The notes under the pieces are model-generated. The model saw nothing but the letters and a program-made list of their open reading frames with translations, searched no databases and was not told the DNA's origin. Position numbers and translations under genes: made by a program. A stretch of DNA of 32,897 nucleotides. Source: a virus (Duplodnaviria > Caudoviricetes). Positions 15,987-26,100 of this stretch are shown piece after piece. Positions within the stretch are counted from its first letter, which is position 1. Every line of letters starts with the position of its first letter. Where the stretch lies: positions 1 through 32,897 of the IMG/VR virus record IMGVR_UViG_3300049170_000119; one strand, written 5' to 3'.

Positions 15987-16381
15987 CTCTGCGGGTCTGC
16001 TTGGACTGCACTGCGGCCTACGCGGTGGGGGCGCCCCGGTGCCCCCACTGCGGGTCGGAGCGCGGCCAGGAGCAGGGCTCCGATCCGTTCCGAGGAGGAA
16101 CCGTGCCGAAGATCACCCGCCATGGTGGGCCGTCGGTCGCCGGCGTCACCGAAGTCCAGCCGGACCGGGAAGAGGAGGTGGCGTCATCGCCTGGGAACAG
16201 CTCCGAGACATCGTCCGAGAAGCCGCCGACGAGCAGCGAGCAGAGCGGGCCCGGCCGCCGGAAGCCTGCCCGGAAGACGGGGAGCCGCTCAAGCAGGGGC
16301 ACGACGGGGAGCTCTACTGCCCGTTCGACGGATGGCGACCAGACGGCCGATACGTCGGCCAGTGAGGACACCAGCTCATGA
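15983..16381 (+). CDS. Zinc-ribbon (CxxC-CxxC) protein with Ser/Thr-rich tail; possible internal start GTG 16103
   Basis: CLDC...CPHC; GTGA and ATGA overlaps at both ends; GAGGAGG before 16103. Confidence 0.6.
   Translation: MTLRVCLDCTAAYAVGAPRCPHCGSERGQEQGSDPFRGGTVPKITRHGGPSVAGVTEVQPDREEEVASSPGNSSETSSEKPPTSSEQSGPGRRKPARKTGSRSSRGTTGSSTARSTDGDQTADTSASEDTSS
16186..16365 (+). CDS. Nested 59-aa protein (CPxDG...CPFDG) with apparent ATC start
   Basis: SD GAGGAGGT (16172-16179) 6 nt before ATC; IAWEQLRDIVREAADEQRAERARPPEACPEDGEPLKQGHDGELYCPFDGW; GC3 bias in this frame. Confidence 0.6.
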   Translation: MAWEQLRDIVREAADEQRAERARPPEACPEDGEPLKQGHDGELYCPFDGWRPDGRYVGQ

Positions 16382-16608
16382 CCCCGACCGTCGGCCGGAT
16401 CGTCCTCGTCCCCATGGACCCAGCGATGAACAACGGCTCCGATGTCGCACCGGCCGTCATCACCCGCGTCTGGGACGACGGATCGGTCAACGTGCACGTG
16501 CTGCCCGACGGCAACGTCACCGAGTGGCGCACCTCGCTCGTACAGGTCGACGACCTCGCCGACCGGGGCGACAGCCAGCACGTGTGGATGTGGCCCCCGC
16601 GCGTCTGA
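16378..16608 (+). CDS. Conserved-looking small phage protein (PTVGRIV...WMWPPRV)
   Basis: GAGGA RBS; beta-rich. Confidence 0.8.
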   Translation: MTPTVGRIVLVPMDPAMNNGSDVAPAVITRVWDDGSVNVHVLPDGNVTEWRTSLVQVDDLADRGDSQHVWMWPPRV

Positions 16609-16642
16609 CCGACCGCTATCCGCCTGAGAGGAGGTGACAGAG

Positions 16643-17686
16643 ATGGGCATCTGGTACGCCACCAGAGAAGACGTCAAGGAAGCGCTCGACTACAAGGAGA
16701 CCGCCCGGAACAACCGGCAGGTCGACCGGGCAATTGAAGCCGCGAGCAGGGACGCAGAGAAGCTGTGCCACCGCATCTTCTACCCCGAGGTCGACACCCG
16801 GTACTTCAACTGGCCCACCGGCGCCCGACCGTGGCGCCTGTGGCTCGACGACTCGGAGCTCATCTCCGTCACCACCCTCAGCAGCGGCGGCACCACGATC
16901 GACGCGGCCGACTACTTCCTCGAGCCCAACCGCTCCGGCCCGCCGTACAACCGCGTGGAGATCGACCTCGCATCGTCGGCGGCCTTCGGCGGCGGCAACA
17001 CCCACCAGCGCGATGTCACCATCCTCGGCGTCTGGGCCGGCGCTCCCATCGACGAGACCCCGGCCGCCGACCTCGACGGCGACATCACCTCCACAGCGAC
17101 CAGCATCGCCACCACCACGGCCCCACTCATCGGCGTAGGGTCGCTCCTACGGATCGGCACCGAACGGCTCATCGTCACCGAGCGGTCCATGTCCGACACG
17201 TTCGTCGACCTCGCCGCCGACCTGGCTGCCACGAACAACGCCGTCACCCTCGCCGGGGTGTCGACCGGCTTCTCGGTCGGGGAGGTCATCCTCATCGACT
17301 CCGAGCGGATGCTCATCGTCGACAAGTCGCCCACCGCGCTCACCGTGAAGCGGGCCTGGGACGGCTCCGTCCTCGCCGCCCACACGTCCGGCACCAGCAT
17401 CAACGCCCTGCGGACGCTGACGGTCACCCGCGGCGCACTCGGCACGACGGCCGCCGCGCACACCAGCGGCGCCGACATCCTCGTGTGGGAGCCGCCCGGC
17501 CCCGTGCGAACCCTGGTCATCGGCCACGCGATCAGCACGCTCACCAGCGAGCACTCTGGCTACTCCCGAGTGAAGCGCTCCGGCGAGAGCACCGGCGAGC
17601 GGGCCATCGACACGAGCGCCCTCGCGGTCCTGCGCCGCACCGCCTACGACGCGGTCGGCCGCAAGGCCCGCATCCGGGGGGTGTGA
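16643..17686 (+). CDS. Head-tail connector (gp6/gp15-like) with two inserted beta domains
   Basis: YATREDVKEAL...AIEAASRDAEKLCHRIF N-terminus; gene position; GAGGAGGT RBS before ATG 16643. Confidence 0.75.
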   Translation: MGIWYATREDVKEALDYKETARNNRQVDRAIEAASRDAEKLCHRIFYPEVDTRYFNWPTGARPWRLWLDDSELISVTTLSSGGTTIDAADYFLEPNRSGPPYNRVEIDLASSAAFGGGNTHQRDVTILGVWAGAPIDETPAADLDGDITSTATSIATTTAPLIGVGSLLRIGTERLIVTERSMSDTFVDLAADLAATNNAVTLAGVSTGFSVGEVILIDSERMLIVDKSPTALTVKRAWDGSVLAAHTSGTSINALRTLTVTRGALGTTAAAHTSGADILVWEPPGPVRTLVIGHAISTLTSEHSGYSRVKRSGESTGERAIDTSALAVLRRTAYDAVGRKARIRGV

Positions 17687-17687
17687 C

Positions 17688-18089
17688 ATGACCGGCTTCC
17701 GTGTGCAGGTGAACGCGACGAGGACGGGCCCGTTCCGCGACGGCCGCTTTCAGCGCGCCGCCTCCCAGTACTCCGACGCCCTCAATTTTGCGGTGGCTGA
17801 GCACGGCGAGAAGCTCGTCGACCGGCGTCTGAACCAGGTGCTGAAGACCCAGACCCCGTATTACCGGCTGCGGGTCACCGTCCGCCGCGCGCGCGGCGGC
17901 TACGAGGTGTGGGACCAGGGCGTCGTCTACGGCCCGTGGCTGGAGGGCACCGGCTCCCGCAACCACCCCGTGACGAAGTTCCGCGGCTACCAGACGTTCC
18001 GCCGCGTGAAGCCGATCGTTGACCGTGACGCCAACCGGATCGCGATGGACCTGCTGCGCCGCTACCAAGCGAGGGGGCTGCTGCGATGA
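17688..18089 (+). CDS. Neck/tail-completion protein (HK97 gp10-like, basic)
   Basis: VVYGPWLEGTGS motif, Arg-rich, gene position. Confidence 0.6.
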   Translation: MTGFRVQVNATRTGPFRDGRFQRAASQYSDALNFAVAEHGEKLVDRRLNQVLKTQTPYYRLRVTVRRARGGYEVWDQGVVYGPWLEGTGSRNHPVTKFRGYQTFRRVKPIVDRDANRIAMDLLRRYQARGLLR

Positions 18090-18541
18090 GCCTCAACACG
18101 ACAGACATTCGCGACGCCGTCGTCTCCCACGCCCTCAGCCTTGGCCGGTTCGACCAGGTCAACCAGCACGCCCCGAAGAACCCGCCGAAGTCCGGCCTGT
18201 CCCTGGCGATCACCGGCGACCGGATCGGCGGCATCCGCTCCTCCGGTCTGGCCTCCCTGTCGGCGCGCCTGGTGCTCATGCTGCAGGTCTTCGCCTCCAT
18301 GCAGATGGAGCCGGCCGACGACATCGACGCCACAGTGTTCGACGCGGTCGATGCCCTGTTCGGCGCGTACTGCGGCGACTTCACCCTCGGCGGCCTGGTC
18401 CGCCAGGTGGACCTCCTCGGCACCGACGGCACTGGCCTCGACGCGGTGCTGGGCTACGTGACCGTCGACGGCATCGAGTACCGGCACGCGGCGATCACCC
18501 TGCCGCTGATCATCAACGACGTGTGGACGGAGGAGGCATGA
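18086..18541 (+). CDS. Tail terminator-like protein
   Basis: Acidic 151 aa with GDFTLGGLV; just before the tube genes; ATGA overlaps. Confidence 0.65.
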   Translation: MSLNTTDIRDAVVSHALSLGRFDQVNQHAPKNPPKSGLSLAITGDRIGGIRSSGLASLSARLVLMLQVFASMQMEPADDIDATVFDAVDALFGAYCGDFTLGGLVRQVDLLGTDGTGLDAVLGYVTVDGIEYRHAAITLPLIINDVWTEEA

Positions 18542-19284
18542 GCAAGCAGTCCGGCCTCGGCGACAACCTGTACATCGCGGGCTACGACCTGTCCGGCGAC
18601 ATCAACGCCCTCGGCCGCATCGGCGGCGGCCCCGCAGCGCTCGACTTCACCGCCATCAACAAGAGCGCCCACGAACGCAAGGGCGGCATCCGTGACGGCA
18701 GTTTCCAGTTCACCTCGTTCTTCAACCCGGCCGCCGCGCAGGCCCACCCCCGGCTGTCCGCCCTGCCGCGCACCGACGTGATCCTGTCCTACTTCCGCGG
18801 CACCACCGCAGGCGGCGAGTCCGCCAACCTTGTCGCGAAGCAGGTCAACTACGACGGTACCCGCGGCGACGACGGCTCCTTCACCTTCGCCGTCGAGGCC
18901 CTCGCCAACGGCTACGGCGTCGAGTGGGGCACGTCCATGACGGCCGGCCTGCGCACGGACACCGAGGCGACGGACGGCGACAGCGTCGACTTCGGTACCG
19001 GCTCCACCGAGTTCGGTCTGCAGGCGTACCTGCACGTGCTGGCGTTCACCGGGACCTCAGTCACGGTCAAGCTGCAGGAATCCAGCGACGACGCCGCGGC
19101 GGACGCGTGGGCGGACGTCACCGGCGGCGGGTTCACCGCGGCGACCGGGATCACGAGCGAACGGATTCAGACCGCCCGGGACCAGACCGTCGAACGCTAC
19201 CTGCGCGTAGTCACTTCCGGCACGTTCACCGAGGCCGTGATCGCCGTGTCCGTGAACCGCAACGAAGTGGAGACGACGTTCTGA
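18538..19284 (+). CDS. Tail tube-like protein with C-terminal beta-sandwich extension (248 aa)
   Basis: N-terminal ~130 aa aligns by eye with 19729-20136; GGAGGAGG RBS. Confidence 0.65.
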   Translation: MSKQSGLGDNLYIAGYDLSGDINALGRIGGGPAALDFTAINKSAHERKGGIRDGSFQFTSFFNPAAAQAHPRLSALPRTDVILSYFRGTTAGGESANLVAKQVNYDGTRGDDGSFTFAVEALANGYGVEWGTSMTAGLRTDTEATDGDSVDFGTGSTEFGLQAYLHVLAFTGTSVTVKLQESSDDAAADAWADVTGGGFTAATGITSERIQTARDQTVERYLRVVTSGTFTEAVIAVSVNRNEVETTF

Positions 19285-19724
19285 TGACCAGGCCCTTGAA
19301 CCGAGTCGACCGGCTGCTCCTCGCCCCCGGCGCCTACCAGACCTTCGAGATTAACCAGCCCGCCGACACCACCGTGCGCGCCGCCTGCGAGCAGGTCGCC
19401 TGCCCGGCATGGCTGCACGGCTGGGAGTCCGTCATCGACGAGACCACCCCGCTCGGGCGGCAGCAGGCCGCGTACATCCGTGGGCAGGCCGGCCGCACCT
19501 TCCGGGAGCAGCGCCGGGGCGACGGGCTGACCGTGTTCCGGTTCGACGCGCGGCAGCGGTGCTTCGCCGACCACAAGACGAAGCCGCAGCTGTTCGCCGT
19601 CAGAGACGGTGATTGGCGAGGCAACCCCACCGGGCGTATCCGCCAGCACCAGCGCGCGGCGGACTGGGTGGAGGACTTCGGCGAGCACCAGCTCCGCCTC
19701 GTAGACCAGCAGCAGAAGGGATAA
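19284..19724 (+). CDS. Hypothetical tail-region protein (146 aa; C-x4-C...C-x3-H)
   Basis: TGATG overlap; codon bias. Confidence 0.75.
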   Translation: MTRPLNRVDRLLLAPGAYQTFEINQPADTTVRAACEQVACPAWLHGWESVIDETTPLGRQQAAYIRGQAGRTFREQRRGDGLTVFRFDARQRCFADHKTKPQLFAVRDGDWRGNPTGRIRQHQRAADWVEDFGEHQLRLVDQQQKG

Positions 19725-19728
19725 GGCC

Positions 19729-20136
19729 ATGGCCAAGGAATCAGGTCTCGGGTGGACCACGTTCAGCGTCGATGACGCATCGGGCACCCCAAGGGATATT
19801 CGGAACGACGTCACCAACCTGCAGTTCGCTACCCCGCGCGCGGTGCAGGACGTCACCGGCATCGACAAGTCCGCGATGGAGAGGCTCCTGCTGTTGGCGG
19901 ACTTCAGCGTGACCGCCAACGGCGTCTTCAACGACGCCGCGAACGCCAGCCACTCGGTGTGGAAGACCATCCCGTCCACGTCCGTGGCGCGCACCACGTC
20001 GATCGAAGTGTCCGGACAGACCCTCGCCAACGAGTGCCTCTACACGGACTACCCCCTCACCCGCGGCGACGACGGCGCCCTCACATGGGCCGTGCCCGGC
20101 GTCCTGTCCGACGGCACTGTCCCCACCTGGAGCTGA
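19729..20136 (+). CDS. Major tail tube protein (135 aa)
   Basis: Directly precedes chaperone and tape measure genes; QDVTGIDKSAMERLLLLADFSVT tube-like pattern. Confidence 0.7.
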   Translation: MAKESGLGWTTFSVDDASGTPRDIRNDVTNLQFATPRAVQDVTGIDKSAMERLLLLADFSVTANGVFNDAANASHSVWKTIPSTSVARTTSIEVSGQTLANECLYTDYPLTRGDDGALTWAVPGVLSDGTVPTWS

Positions 20137-20139
20137 CCC

Positions 20140-20559
20140 ATGGCCGGATTCCGACACCAGATCCCGCGCGTCAACGTCGCCTTCGAGGAAGGCCACGAGT
20201 ACCACGGCTGCGAGGTCACCCTCCGCAAGCTGAAGCTCGGCGAGTACCTCGACCTCGTCGGCATCAACCCGGACAGCGGCGTCAGCAACGTCGGCGACCA
20301 GCTGCAAAAGATGGCCGACAAGCTCATCACCTGGAACCTCGAGGACGAGACCGGCAGGCCGGTCCCGACCACCCGGGAGGCCGTGCTCGAGCAGGACAAG
20401 GACCTGATGCTGGCCATCCTCGGCGCCTGGCTCGACGGCGTCAACGGAGTGTCGGCCCCTTTGGAGCAGCCCTCCACCGGTGGCGAACCCTCCCCGGCGG
20501 CGTCGATTCCGATGGAACCCCTGTCACCGAGCCTGCAGAACTCAGGCATGCCCGCCTGA
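20140..20559 (+). CDS. Tail assembly chaperone (gpG-like)
   Basis: LITWNLEDETGRPVP motif; position before tape measure. Confidence 0.8.
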   Translation: MAGFRHQIPRVNVAFEEGHEYHGCEVTLRKLKLGEYLDLVGINPDSGVSNVGDQLQKMADKLITWNLEDETGRPVPTTREAVLEQDKDLMLAILGAWLDGVNGVSAPLEQPSTGGEPSPAASIPMEPLSPSLQNSGMPA

Positions 20560-20699
20560 TCCTCGGACTCTGCGACCGCTTCAAGTGCCTGCCCAGCCAC
20601 CTCCTCGACGAAGACGCCTCCCTCTGGCGGCTCCTACGCATCGAGAAGCTCGGCACCCCCGACGACGCTGAAGGAGGTGAGCCATGGCCGACGCCGTAA
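20457..20699 (+). other. Programmed -1 frameshift site C CCT TTG (20457-20463) giving the gpGT-like extended chaperone ending at 20699
   Basis: X XXY YYZ heptamer in frame; -1 frame open with LILGLCDRFKCLPSHLLDEDASLWRLLRIE. Confidence 0.8.
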
Positions 20700-23197
20700 C
20701 CATCGTCGTCCGCGTCCGCGACCAGACCCGCGCCGGGATCACGGCCGTCAACGACAACCTGAACCGGCTCACCCGCGGCGCGAAGGACATGGACCGCTCC
20801 TTCGGCTCCCTGGTCGGCTCTGCGCTGAGCCTCGCCCCGGCGCTCATCCCGATCGCCGCGTCGGCTGCGCCGATCGCTGTTGGTCTCGGCGCGGCCGGTG
20901 TCGCAGTGGCAGCGTTCGGCGCGGCACTGGGCCCGCAGGTCATGGCCATGAGCGAGGCCACCGACGCGGAGAAGAAGTATCAGGAGGCTGTCGAGCAGCA
21001 CGGGCCCACGTCGAAGGAAGCCGCGCAGGCGCAGGCTGCGTACGCCAAGGAGATGGCCAGCCTGCCCCCGGCAACGCGGGAGGCGGCGGCGCAGCTGTCG
21101 GTGCTGAAGGACGGATACAAGGACTGGTCGAACGCGCTCGCCGACGACACGATGCCCGTGGTCACGAAGGGCCTGGCGACGTTCGGTGCGATCTTCCCGA
21201 AGCTGACCCCGCTGGTGAAGGGCACCAGCCGGGAGCTGGACCGGTTCGTGACCATCGCGGCTGGCGGGGTGCAGTCGGCCGCGTTTGACCGGTTCATGAA
21301 GTCCTTCGCCGAGTTCTCCACCGGCGCCCTGCGGAAAGCGAACGACGGCCTCCTCAAGCTGATGCGCACCATGGACACCGGCCAGGTCGGCGGGAACCTC
21401 AAAGAGTTCATGGACTACGCCCGCACCAACGGGCCCATCGTTGGTGAGACCCTCGGCAACCTGGGCGAGACGCTCGCCAAGCTCCTGGTCGCCGCCTCGG
21501 ACGTCGGCGTCGGCATGCTCCAAGTCATCAACGCTTTCGCGAGCCTCGTGAACGCCGTGCCCACCAGCCTCCTCACGACCCTGCTGCAGATCGCGATCGC
21601 TTTCAAGGCCATCAAGATGGCGGCGGCCGGGTTCGCCGCGGTCGGCGTCGGTATCCAAGCCATCACCACACAAATCATCGCCATGCGCACCGCGGCCGGC
21701 ACGGGCGCCACCCGGGTAGGGATGCTGGGGGCGGCGTTCACGGCCATGTCCCGCACAGCAAAGATCGCCCTCGCGAGCATCGGTATCGGCCTCGCCCTCA
21801 TCGCGATCACCGAGTTGTCGCAGATGGGCGAAAAGGCCGCGCCGAACGTCGACAAATTGACCACGTCCCTGGGTGAGTTGGGGCGTACGGGCAAGGCGTC
21901 GGGCTATGTGGTCTCCCAGTTCGGCAAGGACTTCGAGAAGCTGCGGGACCAGATCAACGCGGTCGTCGACCCTTCCGTTGCGGAGAGCATCAACAACTGG
22001 GGCGCCGACGTGACGGGCGGCCTCTTGGATGCCGGTGTTGCGACCGAGGATTTCACCAAGTCGGTCGACTCGATCGACACTTCGCTGGCGAATTTGGTCA
22101 GCGGCGGCAAGGTGGACCAGGCCAAGGCTGCGCTCGCGAGCATGATGGCGGGCATGAAGCCGGAGGCGGCCGAGAAGTTCAGGTCTTCGCTGGACGGCTT
22201 CGACGAGGCGCTCGCGAACCTGGCGTTCGAGCAGAAGCTGGCCGCTGAGGCGATGGGCTTGTTCGGGGCTCAGGCACAGGCTGTGCAGGGGAAGCTCGCG
22301 GCGCAGAAGGCCAGTGCGGATGGTCTGGCGCAGTCGATCAACGCGCTGTCCACTGCGGCGCTGATCGCCCGTGGCGGGATCCGCGGCATGGAGGCCGCGA
22401 TCGACGCGGTGGACGAATCGTTCAAGAAGAACAAGGCGACGCTCGACGAGAATACTGAAGCCGGCCGGGCGAACAACCAGGCGTTGGACAACTTGGCGGC
22501 CGCCACGATGAAGGCGGGCGAGGACGCCCGGGCGAACGGCGCGTCGTGGGAAACCGTCAACAAAATCTATGCGAGGGGCCGGGAGAAACTGATCTCGGCG
22601 GCCGACGCGATGGGCCTGACTCGGGAGCAGGCGAAGAAGCTCGCGGATCAGATCCTGCGCACCCCGGACAAGACGGCCCGGCTGCGGGGCAACATGGAGG
22701 ATTTGCAGCGGAAGATCAACACGGCGAAGGACAAGTTGAAGAAGGTGCCGGACTCCCGCAGAGCGCAGGTCCGGGCCAACATCAACGACTTGACCAGCAA
22801 GCTGCGGCAGGCTGCACGGCAACTCAACGCCATGGACGGCCAGACAGCGACCACCTACGTGTACACGAACTACCTGTCCGACGAGACAGCACGGCGGCGG
22901 GGCCGCGCCCACGGCGGCATCATCGGTGCGGCCAGCGGCGGACCGCGGTCGCGGATGACGCTGGTCGGCGAGCAGGGCCCCGAGATTGTGGACTTGGCAC
23001 CCGGGTCGCGGGTGCGGTCGAACCCGGACACGCGCCGGATGTTCGCCAGCGCGGGCCGCGGCGGCGGCCAGCCGATCGTGATCCAGCTCGACATCGCGGG
23101 CCGCTATCTGGGCGAGGTCGTCATCGACCCGCTGCGCAAGGAGATCTCCAGCCGCGGCGGGAACGTACAGGCCGTCCTAGGAAGGGGCTCCGCATGA
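20684..23197 (+). CDS. Tape measure protein (837 aa)
   Basis: Long Ala/Gly-rich helical protein; C-terminal AHGGII...TLVGEQGPEIV; AAGGAGGT RBS. Confidence 0.92.
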   Translation: MADAVTIVVRVRDQTRAGITAVNDNLNRLTRGAKDMDRSFGSLVGSALSLAPALIPIAASAAPIAVGLGAAGVAVAAFGAALGPQVMAMSEATDAEKKYQEAVEQHGPTSKEAAQAQAAYAKEMASLPPATREAAAQLSVLKDGYKDWSNALADDTMPVVTKGLATFGAIFPKLTPLVKGTSRELDRFVTIAAGGVQSAAFDRFMKSFAEFSTGALRKANDGLLKLMRTMDTGQVGGNLKEFMDYARTNGPIVGETLGNLGETLAKLLVAASDVGVGMLQVINAFASLVNAVPTSLLTTLLQIAIAFKAIKMAAAGFAAVGVGIQAITTQIIAMRTAAGTGATRVGMLGAAFTAMSRTAKIALASIGIGLALIAITELSQMGEKAAPNVDKLTTSLGELGRTGKASGYVVSQFGKDFEKLRDQINAVVDPSVAESINNWGADVTGGLLDAGVATEDFTKSVDSIDTSLANLVSGGKVDQAKAALASMMAGMKPEAAEKFRSSLDGFDEALANLAFEQKLAAEAMGLFGAQAQAVQGKLAAQKASADGLAQSINALSTAALIARGGIRGMEAAIDAVDESFKKNKATLDENTEAGRANNQALDNLAAATMKAGEDARANGASWETVNKIYARGREKLISAADAMGLTREQAKKLADQILRTPDKTARLRGNMEDLQRKINTAKDKLKKVPDSRRAQVRANINDLTSKLRQAARQLNAMDGQTATTYVYTNYLSDETARRRGRAHGGIIGAASGGPRSRMTLVGEQGPEIVDLAPGSRVRSNPDTRRMFASAGRGGGQPIVIQLDIAGRYLGEVVIDPLRKEISSRGGNVQAVLGRGSA

Positions 23198-26100
23198 CGT
23201 TCCCGGACACTCCGCTGCCGATCACCGTCGAGCTCGATCTCGGCGGCACATGGACCGACATCAGCGACGACGTATACGAGCGGGACACCATCCGCATCAC
23301 CCGTGGCCGGTCCGACTGGGGCCAGCAGGTCGACCACGGGCGCTGCGTCTTCACCCTCAACAATGCGACGGGCAACTACTCGCTGCGGAACCCGCTCGGC
23401 GATTACTACGAGCTCATCGGCCGCAACACGCCCGTCCGCGTCAGTGTCGGGGCTGGTGATGCCTACCTCGCCTTGACCGGCAGCAGCACCGGCTACGCCT
23501 CCACCCCCGACACCGCGATCCTCGACGTCACCGGCGACCTTGACATCCGCATCGAGGCAGCGCTCGACAACTGGCAGGAGGAGTCCGGGAGCGTCGAGTT
23601 CGCGGCCAAATACCAAATCTCGGGCGACAACCGATCGTGGTACTTCCGCATCACGTCCGGTATTCCCGGCCTCTCTTGGAGCCCCGACGGCACCCTGGCC
23701 AGCGTCATTAGCGCCACCGCGACCGAGGCGATCGTCTTCCCCACCAGCAACCGGATCGCCCTGCGCGCCACCCTCGACGTCGACAACCTCGACAGCGGGC
23801 ACACGGTCACCTTCTACACCTCGGACTCCATCAGCGGCGAATGGACCCGCCTCGGCGACCCGGTGGTCACCTCGGGCACGACGAGCGTCCACGCCGGCAC
23901 CGCTGTCCTGGAGGTGGGCACGGCAGCAGACATTGTCGGAGTCCCGGCGCAGGGCAGGATCTACGCGTTCCAGCTGCTGGACGGCATCAACGGCAATACT
24001 GCGGCGGACATTGACTTCACGGCGCAGACTGTTGACGAAACGAGCTTCGTCGGGGACGACGGGCTGACGTGGACCGTGCAGGGCGACGCTGCGATCTCCA
24101 ACCGCAAGGTCCGCTTCCTGGGGGAGATCGCGTCGTGGCCGGTCCGCTGGGACACCGGCGGCGACGACGTGTACGTACAGGTCGAAGCCGCGGGGATCAT
24201 GCGACGCCTCGGGCAGGGCGCGGCCCCCCTGCAGTCGACGCTGCGCCGACGTATCCCCTCGGACCCGAACCTGCTGGCGTACTGGCCGCTGGAGGATGGG
24301 GAGAACGCGACACAGGCCGCGTCCGCGCTGAGCAACGTGAGGGCGATGATCAGCAGCGGGCTGGACTACGGGTCTGTCGATACCCTCGCCGGATCGTCCG
24401 CACTGCCCACGCTGGACAGCCAGTCCGGGGCGCACCTGCCGATGATCCACGGCTTCGTGCCGTACAGCGCGACCGGCGAGTGGATGGTCGAGTTCGTTTA
24501 CAAGCGGGATGATCCGGACGCCACTCTGTATACGCACATGCGGATCCTCACCAGCGGCACGGTCCGCGAGTGGTACCTGCAGATGAGCAGCACCGGCGGC
24601 CGGGTCCTCGGACGCGACGGTGACGGTAACGATGTGGTCGACGACCCGTTCGTGTGGACCACAGTCACCCCGTTCGGTGACTGGTACCGCATGCGGTTCG
24701 CCGTCACCCCCGACGGCAGCAACATCGACTACACCCTCTCGTGGATCCAGGTCGCCGACTCGACGATCAGCTGGTCCGGCACCGTCGCCGGAACCGTCGG
24801 CCGCGTCACCGCGGTCACGGCCCCGCCGAACGGATACGCCGCCGCGCTGGACGGCATGGCCCTCGGACACATCGCCGTCTTCTCCAGCGCCACGTCCACG
24901 ATCTTCGACTACGCGGACCACGGCTACTCCGGCGAGACCGCAGGGGCCCGGATCACGCGCCTCGCCGCGGAGGAGGACGTGGCCCTGCGGCTGTATGGCA
25001 GCACCACCCGGCAAGAACTGATGGGCCCGCAGACCCCGGACCGGCTGTTGGACGTACTGCGCGCCGCGGCCGACGCCGACCAGGGGATCCTGTACGAGGA
25101 GCGTGAGGCGGTCGCCCTGGCTTACCGCGACCGTTTCTCCTTCTACAACCAGGACGACGGCCTCACGCTGGACTACACCGGTACGGACGGGCTGGTCACT
25201 CCGCTCGATCCGGTGGACGACGACCAGCACGTCCGCAACGACGTGACCGTCACCCGCGTCGGCGGGAGTTCGGCCCGGGTCACGCAAACCAGTGGGCCGT
25301 TGTCGACGCTGCCCCCACCGTCCGGGGTCGGCGCCTACCCGGACGCCGTCACCCGCAACCTGTACCGCGACTCACAGGCGGAGCAGGCCGCCGGCTGGAT
25401 GATGCACCTGGGGACGTGGGACGAGACCCGCTACCCAGTGATCAAGGTGCTGCTGCAGAACGCGGTCCATCTGATCGAGGATGCGGCGGCGGTGGATATC
25501 GGGTCGCGGCTGGCGATCACGAATCCGCCTTCGTGGCTGCCGCCGGACGCGATCGACGAGCACGTGCAGGGCTACACCGAGATCTTGCACCAGTTCCGGT
25601 GGGAGCTGGAGTGGACGTGCACCCCGTCAGGACCGTGGACGGTGGCCGTAGTCGACAATCCGGTCAATGCCCGGTTGGGGACGGCCGGGTCGGAGCTGGC
25701 TGTGGCGGTTGACAGCGACGACACCACGCTGACGGTGGCAACGACGGACAGCCCGCTGTGGATCACGTCGGCCAGCCACCCGAGCGAGGACCTGTTCAAC
25801 ATCAAGCTTGGCGGCGAGGTCGTCACGGTCACCGCCATCAGCAGCGCGATCAGCGACGCCTTCGCCCGCACCGAGTCGAACGGCTGGGGTGCCGCTGACG
25901 TCGGCGGGGCATGGACGAACGACGGCGGCAGCGCCGCCAACTACTCAGTGGGCGGCGGCGTGGGCGTGCACACGCTGACGTCGGTCAATGCGTCCCGCCG
26001 CAGTACCCTGCCCGCCCCGTCTGCGGACGTGGACCTGTACGCCGACGTGGCGACGTCCGCCCTGGCCACGGGCGGTTTCATCGGCGGCGGCCCGGTCGTC

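Noticed and set aside
22546-23193. Upstream extensions in the ORF track (22546, 10946, 12904, 14001, 18019, 18924, 19959, 29088, 30918, 6721)
   Set aside because: They overlap real genes and read as Arg/Pro/Gly-rich shadow sequence; downstream starts have an RBS, ATGA coupling or a leaderless -10.
20441-25287. Long minus-strand ORFs (20441-22912, 23104-25287; likewise 8205-9719, 11087-12817, 13260-14690, 27342-28751)
   Set aside because: Antisense shadows of well-supported plus-strand genes; no recognisable domains.
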